Assembly: GCA_951406725.2 (NCBI GenBank)
Contig: OX597814.1
Location: 59,768,001-59,832,000, forward strand
Length of the DNA: 64,000 nucleotides
Source: Octopus vulgaris
Taxonomy: Eukaryota
Reading direction: 5' to 3'
Positions 13,887 to 26,476 of the stretch are shown one piece after another (position 1 is the first letter of the stretch; the number at the start of each line of letters is the position of its first letter). The position numbers were made by a program, and so were the translations under genes. The notes below the pieces were generated by a model. It searched no databases. It was not told the origin of the DNA and saw nothing but the letters and a program-made list of their open reading frames with translations.

Positions 13887-13890
13887 TAAA
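13574..13890. repeat. (TA)n array interrupted by repeated palindromic TGTTATAAAATAACA units
   Basis: Visible directly; about 8 full or partial units. Confidence 0.9.
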
Positions 13891-13892
13891 AT

Positions 13893-14082
13893 AAGGCGGC
13901 GAGCTGGTAGAAACGTTATATATTTTCGTCTGTCGTTATCCGATCAAATTCCGCCGATCGATCATAGGGGTCGATAAATTAAGTACCAGTTACGCACTGG
14001 GGTCGATGTAGCCGACTTAATCCCTTTGTCTGTCCTTGTTTGTCCCCTCTGTGTTTAGCCCCTTGTGGGTAGTAAAGAAATA
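13893..14082 (+). mobile_element. SINE family 1 copy with several small deletions in the 5' half
   Basis: The 3' half is nearly identical to 3301-3417. The 5' half lacks several short blocks. Embedded in (TA)n. Confidence 0.9.
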
Positions 14083-14371
14083 TATATATATATATACTCA
14101 CTTTTCACTTCACTATGTCCCTGTCATTTTTTCTCGCCCCTCTCTACTTCTGTCCATCTGCTTCTACAACCCTCTATCTGCTTTTGTTTCTCTTTTTCTC
14201 TCTTCCCACATGACGATAGCTCAAACTGCTAGCCCCATCTATTTGCGTTTGACTGTGGTCACTGCAAAATAGATATTCTTCTCTGTGTTTGTGAAAGTCT
14301 TGTATCTCTGCCGTAAGGCTTCATTTCCACACACACCAGCTGAATCCAATTCGCTCCAGTCAAAAGATACG

Positions 14372-14432
14372 TGTTGTTGTTTCGTTGTTGTTGTTGATGT
14401 TGTTGTTGCTCTTCTTCTTCTTCTTCTTCTTC

Positions 14433-14507
<75 letters not shown>
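14372..14507. repeat. Compound (GTT)n-(CTT)n-(ATT)n microsatellite; the (ATT)n part is the tail/target of RLE element A
   Basis: Visible directly. Confidence 0.95.
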
Positions 14508-14508
<1 letters not shown>

Positions 14509-17159
14509 TTTGTTTTTTCTTATTTCAAATTTTCTTCCACTTCTTGCCGAGTGTCTTCCCGACTCCTAGGGCAAAGAAACTCATAGTGTATATTGGTAGG
14601 CCATTAAACCAAACTCAGTAGTTCGTTCATTTTTTTAAGTTAACTTAAAATACATGAGCAGCAACAGTTCTCACATCGACAATGCTCTTCTCAATACGTG
14701 TGATGTACCAGTTAAGACAATCTTTTGCACTTCTTGCAGGGATGGTAAAGCAGGGATCATTCTCATATAATTTTCGGTTCCCTTCTTGATCATTCCTAGT
14801 GCTCCTACGATCACTGGTATTGTAACCGCCTTGAGATGCCACATTTTCTCAATTTCAATGAGTAGGTCTTTATATTTTCTGAGCTTGTCAAACTCTTTCG
14901 CTGAGATATTATGATCACAGGGGATGCTCATGTCGATCAATAAGCAAATTTTATTGTTTTAGTCTTTCACAACAATATCTGGTTTATTGGCCTTGATGGT
15001 TCGGTCTGTATGTACTGGAAAGTCCCACAGAATGGTTACATTTTCTCCTTCAGTTACAGCCTCAGGGTGGTGATTATACCACTTGTCGGCAGTTTTGATA
15101 TTGTAATGCCGACTTATTAGCCAGTGGAGATATTGGCCAACTCTGTCATGTCTTAATTTATACTCCACTGGTGCTAAGACTTTACATCCAGAGATTAGGT
15201 GGTCCACTGTTTCAATCATGTCGTTGCAGAATCGGCATTTTGGGTCTGCTCCGTTTTTCATCACATTGGCCTGGTAGTTCCGGGTTAATAGGCTTTGATC
15301 TTGAGCAGCCAGGATGAAACCTTCGCTCTCTGCTTTTGGCCCTGAGCTCCGCAGCCACTGATGGGTTTGCTTCTGGTCAACATCAGCTTGTTTGCTGCGG
15401 GTCACATATTTGCCGTGCAGAGGTTTCTCCTCCCACCTATCAGCCAATTGCTCGTGCGCTTTTTTCATTGCCATCATTATCACCTTCTTTGCAACAATAG
15501 TTGCCGTACTTCCCTCGGGTTGTTCAGTTTGGGTATCCTGCACGAGATCAATAGCAAATTTTTTGCTTTCCTTGATGATAGAATGAAGCTTCTTTCGTCT
15601 CTCGTGATTTTCCACGAGCTTTAGCATCCAGTCATTCAATATTTCGAGATATTTGGCCAGTCCAATTGTGGTTGTTTTGTAAGCTAGTTCAAATTGGATC
15701 AGGCCTCGACCTCCTTGGGCTCTGGGAAGGTAAAGGCGATCTACGTCTGCCTTTGGGTGGTGCATCCTATTACAACTCAGCAGCTTGCGTATTTTCCTAT
15801 CTATATTCTTCACTTCACTCATATTCCAGTTCAACACATTGTAGCTATAATTAACAACTGGAACTGCTAAGTAATTTATAGCTAACACCTTGTTACGTGC
15901 ATTTAGTTCAGATTTCAGGACTGCACGAACTCTCCTATAACATTCCTTCCTGATTTTCTCTTTCATGCTTGCATGCTGAATACCAGAGCCTTCATTTATC
16001 CCTAAATATTTGTATGTTTGTTCTTGCTCAAGCTCTCTTATGACTGTGTCAACATCTAACACGACTGAATTTGTGGTCTTCACTTTCCCTTTCTGGAAAG
16101 TGGCCTTGGCACACTTCTCAAGTCCAAACTCCATCCCGATGTCATCGCTGAATGCTTTCACGGTGCGCAATAGGCCTTCAAGTTCATTATTGTCTTTACC
16201 ATAAAGTTTTAAGTCATCCATATAAAATAGATGGCTTATTTTTTTATTGGCAATTTTATACCCATACCCTGTTCTGTTTAATTCACTTGTAAGGGGTATT
16301 AGGGCTATGCAGAATATTAAAGGTGAAAGTGAGTCACCTTGAAAAATTCCACAGTTGATGTTTATATTTTCTGAGGCAAGTACTCCATTAGAGTGGTATA
16401 ATTGGAGATTCGTATTCCACAACGACATATTGTGCTTCAGGAAGTTTGAAATCACAGGAGAAATTTTGAAGATGTCCAGCGATCTCAAGATCCATGGATA
16501 CGGTATATTGTCGAAGGCCTTTTTATAGTCAATCCATGCGGTGCTGAGATTTCTGCGCTTGTTGTGACAGTTCTGAAGGATCATACGATTGATTAGCAGT
16601 TGATCTTTGCATCCGTAAGAGCCTCGGCGGCACCCTTTTTGTTCAATGGGGAAAATATCGTTCTTCTCCATGAATGCATATGTTTTCTCCGCCAGGATAG
16701 ATGTTAGGATTTTATACGTGGTGGATAGACAGGTTATAGGCCGATAGTTTTTTGGAAGGTTGGTTTCGTTATTCTTTGGGAGTAGGTAAGTAATGCCACT
16801 TGCTAACCATTCAGGTGTTTTCTTTGGGTCTCTCATAATTCCATTGAGCAGCTGAACTAGCTTACCATGTGCGCATGGGAGCGATGCGAGCGATGCGAGC
16901 CAGAAATTCGGCACCTTATCTTTACCGGGGGATTTCCAATTATGGGCCTTCGTGAGTGCCTTTCTTAGGTCTGCTATTGTGATGTCTTCCCATGCTTGTT
17001 GTTGTAAATTTTGGTAGGATCCTTCAGTTTGTATAATGCAGTCTGCATTTATGTTGTACGTCTTCTTGTCACTCCAAATCCTTTTCCAAAAGTTTTGAAC
17101 TTCTTCCATGGGAGGGGGCTCTTTAACGGTTACTTTCTCCTTCCCTATTTCTCTGTAGA

Positions 17160-17160
<1 letters not shown>
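14508..17160 (-). mobile_element. R4/Dong-type non-LTR retrotransposon A (RT plus restriction-like endonuclease), 5'-truncated
   Basis: RT motifs YRPITCL, EQKG, AWIDYKKAFD, GIFQGDSLSPL, YMDD; CCHC knuckle CRFCNDMIETVDHLISGC; RHD and KPDIV...D RLE motifs. (TAA)n lies on both sides. Confidence 0.95.
14671..17160 (-). pseudogene. RT-RLE ORF of element A, with one premature stop
   Basis: ORFs 14959-17109 and 14671-14940 are in the same frame, separated by one TAA. The paralogous fragment near 59070 has Gln there (GQNNKICLLIDMSIP). The frame is open upstream to the truncation point (FYREIGKEKVTVKEPPPM). Confidence 0.9.
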
Positions 17161-17191
<31 letters not shown>

Positions 17192-17215
17192 CTATTATTA
17201 TTATTATTATCATCA

Positions 17216-17249
<34 letters not shown>

Positions 17250-17290
17250 CATTATTATCATTATTATTATTATTATCATTATTATTATTA

Positions 17291-17367
<77 letters not shown>
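17161..17367. repeat. (ATT)n/(ATC) microsatellite between elements A and B
   Basis: Visible directly. Confidence 0.95.
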
Positions 17368-17370
<3 letters not shown>

Positions 17371-19922
17371 TAGTTTTATTTTTATAGCGTGCTTTCACTT
17401 CACTACCGAGCACAGCTCTGTGCGCCTTGGGTATGTGCTGTGATTTGTTGTGATGCTCTGATAGTTATTGTATGGAAAGTGTTCTGCGTAGGACGTGTGC
17501 AGTGCCTAGTAGTGCAATTTTCTGTATGTTATATGTGTTTGTAAGTCCTGGTGTTTTTGTTATGTATTTGTCTGAATATTTTTTTTATCATGCCTACTGC
17601 ACCTACTATGATAGGAATTGTTTCTGTTTTTAGATTCCACATTCTGGTTACCTCTATTTCCAGGTCTTTGTATTTTGAAAGTTTCTCCATTTCTTTTAGA
17701 GACACGTTGTCATCTGCCGGTATTGATACATCAATTACAAAGCATTATTTTTTCTTCATGATCTCTGACAACTATATCTGGTCTGTTGGCCTTAATTTCT
17801 CTATCTGTGCGTATCGGCATATCCCAGAGTTTGGTTGCTTTCTCGTTTTCTGTGACCTTTTCTGGTGTGTGCCTATACCATCTTTTTTCTGTTGTTATTC
17901 CATAATGTTGGCATAGCTTCCCGTGTATGTTGGTTCCAACTCTGTCGTGTCTGTGAATATATTCCTTCTTAGCTAAGACTGGGCAGCTAGAGATAATATG
18001 ATTTATTGTTTCTTGTCCATCTCCACATATTCTGCAGTTACTTGTAATATTTCTTTTCATTACATGTTTTTGGTAATTTCTGGTGGGAAGACTTTGGTCT
18101 TGTGCTGCAATTAAAAATCCCTCTGTCTCTGCTTTGAGTCCTGAGCTTCTCAACCATTGCTGGGATTTTTCTTTGTCAATTTCTTTTGCGTTTAGTTTAG
18201 TCCAGTATTTACCATCAAGGGGCTTTTCTTGCCATCGTTTTATCATGGTTCTTTGCTGTTCTATTTTTAGTTTGGTTTTCATTTGTTTTATTGCTCTTCG
18301 TCTTCTTCTTCTTCTTCTTCTTCTTCTTCTTCTTCTTCTTCTTCTTCTTCTTCTTCTTCTTCTTCTTCTTCTTCTTCATATTTATTAGGTGGTATGATTT
18401 CTTGTTTGTATTTATCAGCTTCGTTAAATACTGAGAACAGTTTTTTGTTTTGCTCGTGTTTTGCCGCCATTTGTATCAGTTTTCCTTCCTTCTGAAGTAG
18501 ATATTTTTGCAGTCCTATGGTGGTTATTTTATAGTAGTTTTCCAGCGGTATAAGGCCTCTACCACCTTCTATACGTTGTATATATAGTCTTTCTATGTCA
18601 GATTTTGGGTGATGCATCCTAGATCCTGTCATTATTTTTCTTGTTTACCTATCTATTTTCGTCAGTTCATTTAGTGTCCAGTTAAGGATATTGTAGCTGT
18701 AACTTATAACTGGGACAACTAAAGTGTTGATACCTATTATCTTGTTTTTAGCATTGAGCTCTGTTTTTAGTATTGATCTAACTCGTCTATAATATTCTTT
18801 TTTTATTTTCTCTTTCATTTGTGTGTGTTGTGTCTTATCTAGTTCATGGATTCCTAAGTATTTGTGAGTTTGGCTTTGGTCTAATTCTTTTATTTCATTG
18901 GTTTTATCTACTGTGATGTTGCTACTCTTAACTAGTTTTCCTCTTTTCAGCGTTACTTTGGCGCATTTTTCTAATCCAAATTTCATATCTATTTCTTTGG
19001 TAAATCCATGAACTGTCTTTAATAGTGTTTCCAGCTGTTTGTCATTTCAAGCGTATAGTTTTAGGTCATCCATATATAAAAGGTGGCTGATCGTTTTGCC
19101 GTAACATTTATATCCGCATCCAGTTCTATTTAGCATATCAGATAGAGGTGACAGTGCCAAGCAGAAAAGGAGTGGAGAGAGCGTGTCTCCCTGGAATATT
19201 CCTCTTCTAATGGGGATGTCTTTGGTTTTCATGAGTCCCCTTTTTGTTTGGAGCTGTAGCACTGTTTGCCCTATGAATTTTATAATTGTTGGTGCTACTT
19301 TGTTAACGGCTAGTGTTTCGAGGATCCATGTGTGGAGGATGCTATCAAACGCCTTTTTGTAGTCGATCCAGGCCATACTGAGGCCTTTCTTCTTTCTGTG
19401 GCTGTCTTCAGTTATGGCTTTATTAATCATTAGTTGATCTTTACAGCCATATGAGCCTTTGCGGCATCCTTTCTGCTCTTCTGGAAACAGGTTGTTTTCG
19501 TCCAGGTGCTTTTTCAACCTTTGCGATATCACTGCAGTAAATGCCTTGTACATTGTAGGGAGACGGGTTGTTGGTCTGTAGTTTTCTGGTTTTGCTGTCT
19601 CATTTGATTTAAGAATTAAGATGGTTTTCCCCTTCGTGAGCCATTCAGGCATTGTCTCTGGCTCTGCTAGTATGTTGTTAAAGTTTTCAGCCAGCTTTTT
19701 GTGCATTCCTGTTATATATTTCAACCAGAAGTTGCCTTACAGTCGCTTAAACTTTGCAGTGCCTGAGCGACCTCTTCAGTTGTTATGGGAGTCCAAAGTT
19801 GATCAGATGCTAAGTTTGTTGTTTTAATACTCCTTCTTTTGGTTGTTCGTTCGCCTACCATATTTCTCTCCAGAATTCTTCCACTTCTTCGGCCGTTGGT
19901 GCTGCAGTGATTTCTATTTTAT

Positions 19923-19924
<2 letters not shown>
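17368..19924 (-). mobile_element. R4/Dong-type non-LTR retrotransposon B (distinct family), 5'-truncated and frameshifted
   Basis: ORF pieces 19047-19724 (RT, YMDD), 18645-18986, 18288-18632 and 17731-18282 (CRICGDGQETINHIISSC, RHD, RPDIV). (TAA)n tail; the 5' end abuts (CAT)n at 19925. Internal (GAA)n expansion at ~18295-18377. Confidence 0.93.
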
Positions 19925-19983
<59 letters not shown>

Positions 19984-20233
19984 CCACCACCAATTCAACA
20001 ATAAAAAAACTAAATTATACCATTCGTGCACACATGTTACACACACATGTACCTAGCTCGAAAAACATAGACATTCACACACGCACACACACACATAATA
20101 CATGCATATATGCATATATACATATATGCGCGCGTGTTTATACACACGTCCTTTTGAGAATATTTGCGTCATAGTAATAGGAATAATTACTTTTATTTTA
20201 AAGTTTTCCCTGTACGATTTGAACAATATTCCC

Positions 20234-20302
<69 letters not shown>

Positions 20303-20984
20303 CATTATTATTATTATTATATATGTATATATATACATCGACATTTATATAGATTATGGATGCATGCATGTGTGTATGTATTTATATATATAAAGTGATT
20401 TACATAGTGCTATAGAGAACACAGATTCAGACTACTTACAAATAAGTCTACGTACAATAACCAAGAAAATTTTATTTATGATACCAAATATCCCATTACA
20501 TTAATAAGTTCGTACAGACCTTTTAACTTCTATAATTGAAATCTTTCATCATTTTAAAGTGACACAACTAATTACTAATAACATACTAAATAAGACTGCA
20601 GCCATTTTGCCCTGTGCATTTTACGTGTTTCTGATTAATTATATTTAAATTTCGCTGATATTTGTCCATAAATTGAATAATTGCTATAATCATTATCATT
20701 ATGTTTCCATTCCATTATCAATATTAACCTTTTTATTATCATTTCTATTGTTATTAGTATCACTGTCTTTATTATTCCGTGTTTCGGGAGAATTACTAAA
20801 TTTAATATACTCACGACACAGAGGAATCGATTAGTTCTTTTTTAATAGTATGTGGATGTATGTCTATTTTTCGTGTATTTCAAAAATACGTGCACACATG
20901 TTACACACACATGTAGCTAACACGCAAACATAGACACTCACACACACACACACACTTTACATGCATACATGCACACATACATAT

Positions 20985-21386
20985 ACTCTTTTACTCTTTT
21001 ACTCTTTTACTTGTTTCAGTCATTTGACTGTGGCCATGCTGGAGCACCGCCTTTATCGACCCTAGGACTTATTCTTTGTAAGCCCAGTACTTATTCTATC
21101 GGTCTCTTTTTGCCGAACCGCTAGATGACGGGGACATAAGCACACCAGCATCGGTTGTCAAGCAATGCTAGGGGGACAAACACAGACACACAAACACACA
21201 CACACACATATATATGTATATACATATATACGACAGGCTTCTTTCAGTTTCCGTCTACCAAATCCACTCACAAGGCATCGGTCGGCCCGGGGCTATAGCA
21301 GAAGACACTTACCCAAGGTGCCACGCAGTGGGACTGAACCCGGGACCATGTGGCTGGTTAGCAAGCTACTTACCACACAGCCACTC

Positions 21387-21387
<1 letters not shown>
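20985..21387 (-). mobile_element. tRNA-derived SINE (family 3) with internal microsatellite and (AAAGAGT)n tail
   Basis: Minus strand: TGGCTGTGTGG A-box, GGTTCAGTCCC B-box, a CORE-like GGCACCTTGGGTAAGTGTCTT segment and a short tandem-repeat tail. Homologous to 46280-46820. Confidence 0.88.
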
Positions 21388-21426
<39 letters not shown>

Positions 21427-22239
21427 TTATACACACACACGTGTTCTTTTGAGAATGTATTTGTATCATAGTAATAGGAATAATTACTTTCATTTTAAAT
21501 TTAACAAGAATATTTCTTCAAGCAAAGTGCTAAATGAAACCGATAATGTAATAATAGTCTCTTTATAAATTTTCAATTTTAATTTCAAAGTTTGAAGTGT
21601 GGGCAATTTAAATATATAGATTTACTGATAGACAAAGAGACCTGTCTCTCTAGATTCCAGATAAAAATTGGAGCAAAACCTTAAAGTCTTTTAAACCAAT
21701 AATCTTCATTATTGTCCCCTCTCTCTCGTTTTGTAAGTTTCTTCTCTATCTATCTATCTATCTGACTCTCTATCTATCTGTTTATCTATTTGTCTATCTA
21801 TTTATCTATTTATTTATCTATCTATCTACCTGCCTGTCTGTCTATATATATATCTATCTCTGTATCTTCTTATGAAACCCTGATGTTTCAGCTCGAAATT
21901 GAAATCCTATGCAACATTGCGTTTCACCATTCCGGTGTGAATAGAGAAAGCACGTGTCTTGTACTGGGATGGACGTTTCTCCTCAGTGTAGTTTAGAATT
22001 TCATATGCTGTGCAATGATTAACGTCAGAACGCCCATGTTACGAATAAATATTAAATGTGAGTCTGATAAGCAATAAATAAGACTGGAAAGTGAAATTAT
22101 AAGCGCAATCATTTTCAGTTACCCGACGTAATAGTGTCAAAGGGCTAACCAGTTGATCCGAATTCAGTCAGTTGGATTATATATCACTCATAGCTTCTAT
22201 CATTTTATAATTTTTACACAAATGCACGCGCATATATAC

Positions 22240-22288
<49 letters not shown>

Positions 22289-22354
22289 CATTTGTATGTA
22301 TATATGTACATATATATATATATATATATATACACACATTTGTATGTATATATC

Positions 22355-22412
<58 letters not shown>

Positions 22413-25191
22413 TCTATATATGTATATATATATATACATATATACATCGATATATACATACGCATAAACATAGAAAATATATAATTGCGATATTTGTGTC
22501 TGTACCTGTGATTAAAGTCACATACTTATTCATATATGTATTATACATATTCCTATACCAGAATATATTCATATAGCAAAATTGCTTTCTCTATCACTAA
22601 TTGTCTGTCTGTAAACCACAAGGCGCATTTTCTATCATTTATCGCAACAAAATCGTTATTAATATAATCTAATCGCAATTGTACGCAGCTTAAATGGAGA
22701 ATATTTTAAAGAAATGACAACGTTAATTTAATTATAAATCGTTGTTTAGTTTTCAGTTTAGTCAGGGTTTCATTGTATTACATATATCAAACTGTGAACA
22801 TCTTACTTTTAGAGAAACTTGTTGTAACTTAGCTGTCTGAACTAACTATCCCGCAGAGGAGAGTATCTATAGTTTCAACGTTAACTTCTGTGGCATTAAA
22901 TCTTATTTACTAGTTAATTGTAAAATATACAATCACGTAAACGAAGTATAATGATTACTTATATTCCTTTTAGTAGCTCACAGCTGATAATTATAGGTGT
23001 AATTTTTATTCATATGACACATATTTCGTGTGGTTTAAATATTCTAACATTTTTGCAACAATAAAAATAGATATGACAAACTATGGCAAATATAATATTT
23101 TATAATAGCATTTCTAGATTTGTGTTGAACATTGTTTTATGAATGACTTGAAATCAAATTGTAGGCATTTTTTTAATCCGTACTGATGATAAATTATTCC
23201 GTATGTAATCTTTGCTGATGAAGTTCGTTAATACCGAAACAAAGCCAGGTTTGGTACTATATTATCAAAAGTCAGACTTAGTTCTGCAGGGGCCCATTTA
23301 AATACTTATCAATTTCTATTTTGAAATTGCCCCGTATATCATTAATAACACTAATTATAATTGCTATTCATCTTTGATTTAATTATAGGTGTAATTTTTA
23401 TTCATATGTCACATATTTCGTGTGGTTTACATACAACGCTAAGCATATAAACCCAGTTCTACTAAAACCAGAACAAGTTCGGCGTCATCGGGTTACCTAC
23501 GAAATGCATACAACAAATTGTTTTCGAAGCAATTTAGTTTTAGATGTGCTTGTCAAACATATTTCTTGGAATAAATTTGTATTGAAAGTAATGATTCTTT
23601 TTTAAATTTTCACTATAGATATAATTAATACTGATGAAATGTTGTTCGCCTCGCTATAGTCAGAATATTAATCTGTACATAGCTATATGTTCTTCGTGCA
23701 GTATGCAACTTTTCTTAAGTTAATGTTTATTAAAAACTGATGTGCCGCAATATCAGTTTTAAATGTCTCCTTCGAGTACATTCAGTACTCTGCACATTTT
23801 CTGCATTTAGATGGGCATAAAACTCTACCTCAAAATGGCGCTTTCTTCTCGCCTTGAAGATGCTGATATCCCTTGCCTTTAAGTAGTGCGAACGTAGAAA
23901 TATGGTAAACATTTCCAAGTCAATGCTGGCACCATATATAACTAAAACCATAAGTCGATGGTAATAAATGGAAGACGCGTTATATTTTCGGTCATGAGCC
24001 TGAATTATTTTATATCCCAGTCTATTATAACACGATTGGATGATTCTCAGAGGCCACGTACAGACATTAACTCTTGAAATGGAATTTTCCCTGGGACAGA
24101 TTTGCAGCAGCCATGGGTCGTGGATCTCATTTACGTCTCCTCCTTCAACGAAATTATGCTGGACAAAGCCTGATAAAGACAATTAATATCAATTCACAAG
24201 GCAGTTCTCTTGCCCTACACTAATATCTGGAGATGTTCATCTGTGTATTTCCCATCTTTCGCATTCGAATTGACACAACTTACTTCTCTCGTGGAAGTGT
24301 CATTTCTGTCACCGAAATGACACAACCTACTTCTCTCTTGAATAAATCTCATACCTTCTGTCTCTAACACATCTCTATTGTCCTGGTTAATCTGTATACT
24401 CTGATGAGTGATGGTAATCCATAACCTGGCACGGGCAGTTCATGTTCCCGATCGCTCAAGATATTGCAACAAATGTGTTGTGCTTATGAACGTCACGAAG
24501 AACATATAATCTATTTCACTTTTTATTTATTTCTCTCAAGCATCGTGTCACAGAAAATCATTGTTTTTATTTATTCCTGTGCGCACACATCCGGAATCCA
24601 GCATAATAGAAATGGTTACATATAATAAGTATACAGTGTATGTATATATGGTGCGACATTGTGTATATGTGTGTGTATGAATGTGTGTGTATGAAACAAA
24701 TTATTGAAAGGCATATAAATGGCACCAGTATATATACATACTAAATACGTGTTTTGTATCGCATATGAATGTAAAAGTGCTGTGAACATAAACGTAAGAC
24801 AGCACATATAAACGTAACACAGTTGGTTAAGGAAAACATTCCAGAAAATCCCGGATTGCGAGCAGTTGAATATCGAACACCCGTCCTTGTCCAGTGCCTA
24901 CAGCGGAATATTTCGAAGGGGGGTTTAAAAACATTGTTTCTACAGGTTTTCGGTTATTCAAATAAACCTAAACACATTTTTATTAATATTCATTCATATT
25001 CAGCAATACCAGCAAAATCAAATGCGAGAATGAGGAGGGGTGTGTCTACTTATCTCTCTATAGCACACACACCTACACACAGAGACAAATACACGCAAAA
25101 TACATTTCCATATATATTCCTATGTATCACATATTTTGTTATGTTATATTCTGTTAAGAACGTAATATGTATATATGTATGTATGTATGTA

Positions 25192-25222
<31 letters not shown>

Positions 25223-25885
25223 TGTATGTATGTATGTATGTATGTATTTATGTATGTATGTATGTTGGTTTTTAATAATCTATAAATTCCATTGGATGGT
25301 ATTTATAGATATTTTAAAGCATTGCTTTGTGCGTTTCCACAAATTCCATGTTTATTATGATCACAATCCGTATGCTTAGGATGATTACAGTACAGCCCAT
25401 TGTATCCATAGACTTCAGGTGGATCCTATTTATGCGTTTATTTCTTTAGACGATATGGTATGAACGTTGGAAGCAGCCGATGTATAACTGAGAGTTGTTT
25501 ATCAATTTTGACCAATGAAAAGGTTTATTGTGGTATGTAGCACCTCTGTGTGCATTTGATAGGGAGGAGTAGATGCTGATGGAATGAAAGAAAGAAAAGG
25601 TAATGAGTAACGTGACCGACTGTGTGGTGGTATTAGACTTATTTTGATATATCATTATGCAGATGTCATGATGGGCAGTGTAGTTTATTGGTTTGATCTT
25701 AATCACTGCGGGCGCTCCTTCAATATAATCATATGTAGTAGGGTTACAAGTACAGCTGAGCTGTTGTTGGAGTTCATTGTTTGATGTAACAAATAATATG
25801 CATATTCAAAAACGTTTCCGTAAACAAACTTAAGGACACACATACACACACACACGCACACATACGCACAAATACACACACACAT

Positions 25886-26106
25886 TATCTTTTATCTATT
25901 ACTTGTTTCAGTTACTTAACTGCGGCTATGCTGAGGTACCTCCTTGAAAAATTTTAGTCAAACGAATCAATCTTAAGACATTGTTTCTTCAAGCCTAGTA
26001 TTTATTCTATCGGTATATTTTGCTGAATCGCTAAGTAATGGAGACATAAACATACCACCGGTTGTCAAGCGGTGGTGGGGAACAAAGGTACAGACACACA
26101 CACACA
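25886..26106 (-). mobile_element. SINE family 3, 3' half
   Basis: Aligns by eye with 21005-21200 (acttgtttcagt..., tattctatcggt, ggttgtcaagc). Confidence 0.8.
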
Positions 26107-26162
26107 TTGGTAGAAAGGTATCAACGAGTAGTAGGTAGGTAGATAGATATATAGGTAGGTGC

Positions 26163-26212
<50 letters not shown>

Positions 26213-26216
26213 TGAT

Positions 26217-26398
26217 AGTTTCTTTATTGGCCACACAGGGCTGCACACAGATGGAACCAGTTACAAGGTAGAGCTTTTCTTTTGGGGGAGAAAAAAAAAA
26301 GGTGGCGTAGGTTTTCGATCAAAAGGGATCGTAAAAGGGAAAAAAGAACAAAAAAAAGAAAAAAAGAAAAAAAGGGAAAAGAAAAAAAGAAAACACAA

Positions 26399-26476
<78 letters not shown>

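Noticed and set aside
23215-23250. CTGATGA...GAAA at hammerhead-like spacing
   Set aside because: Stem II has only ~2 bp, and stems I and III are not convincing.
23380-23429. Minus-strand KPHEICDI resembling a C2H2 zinc-finger linker
   Set aside because: It is followed immediately by a stop, with no second Cys or His pair.
23730-24182. 150-aa minus-strand ORF with an acceptor-like site
   Set aside because: It has no recognisable motif, no true ATG start and no linked exons, so it is compatible with chance.
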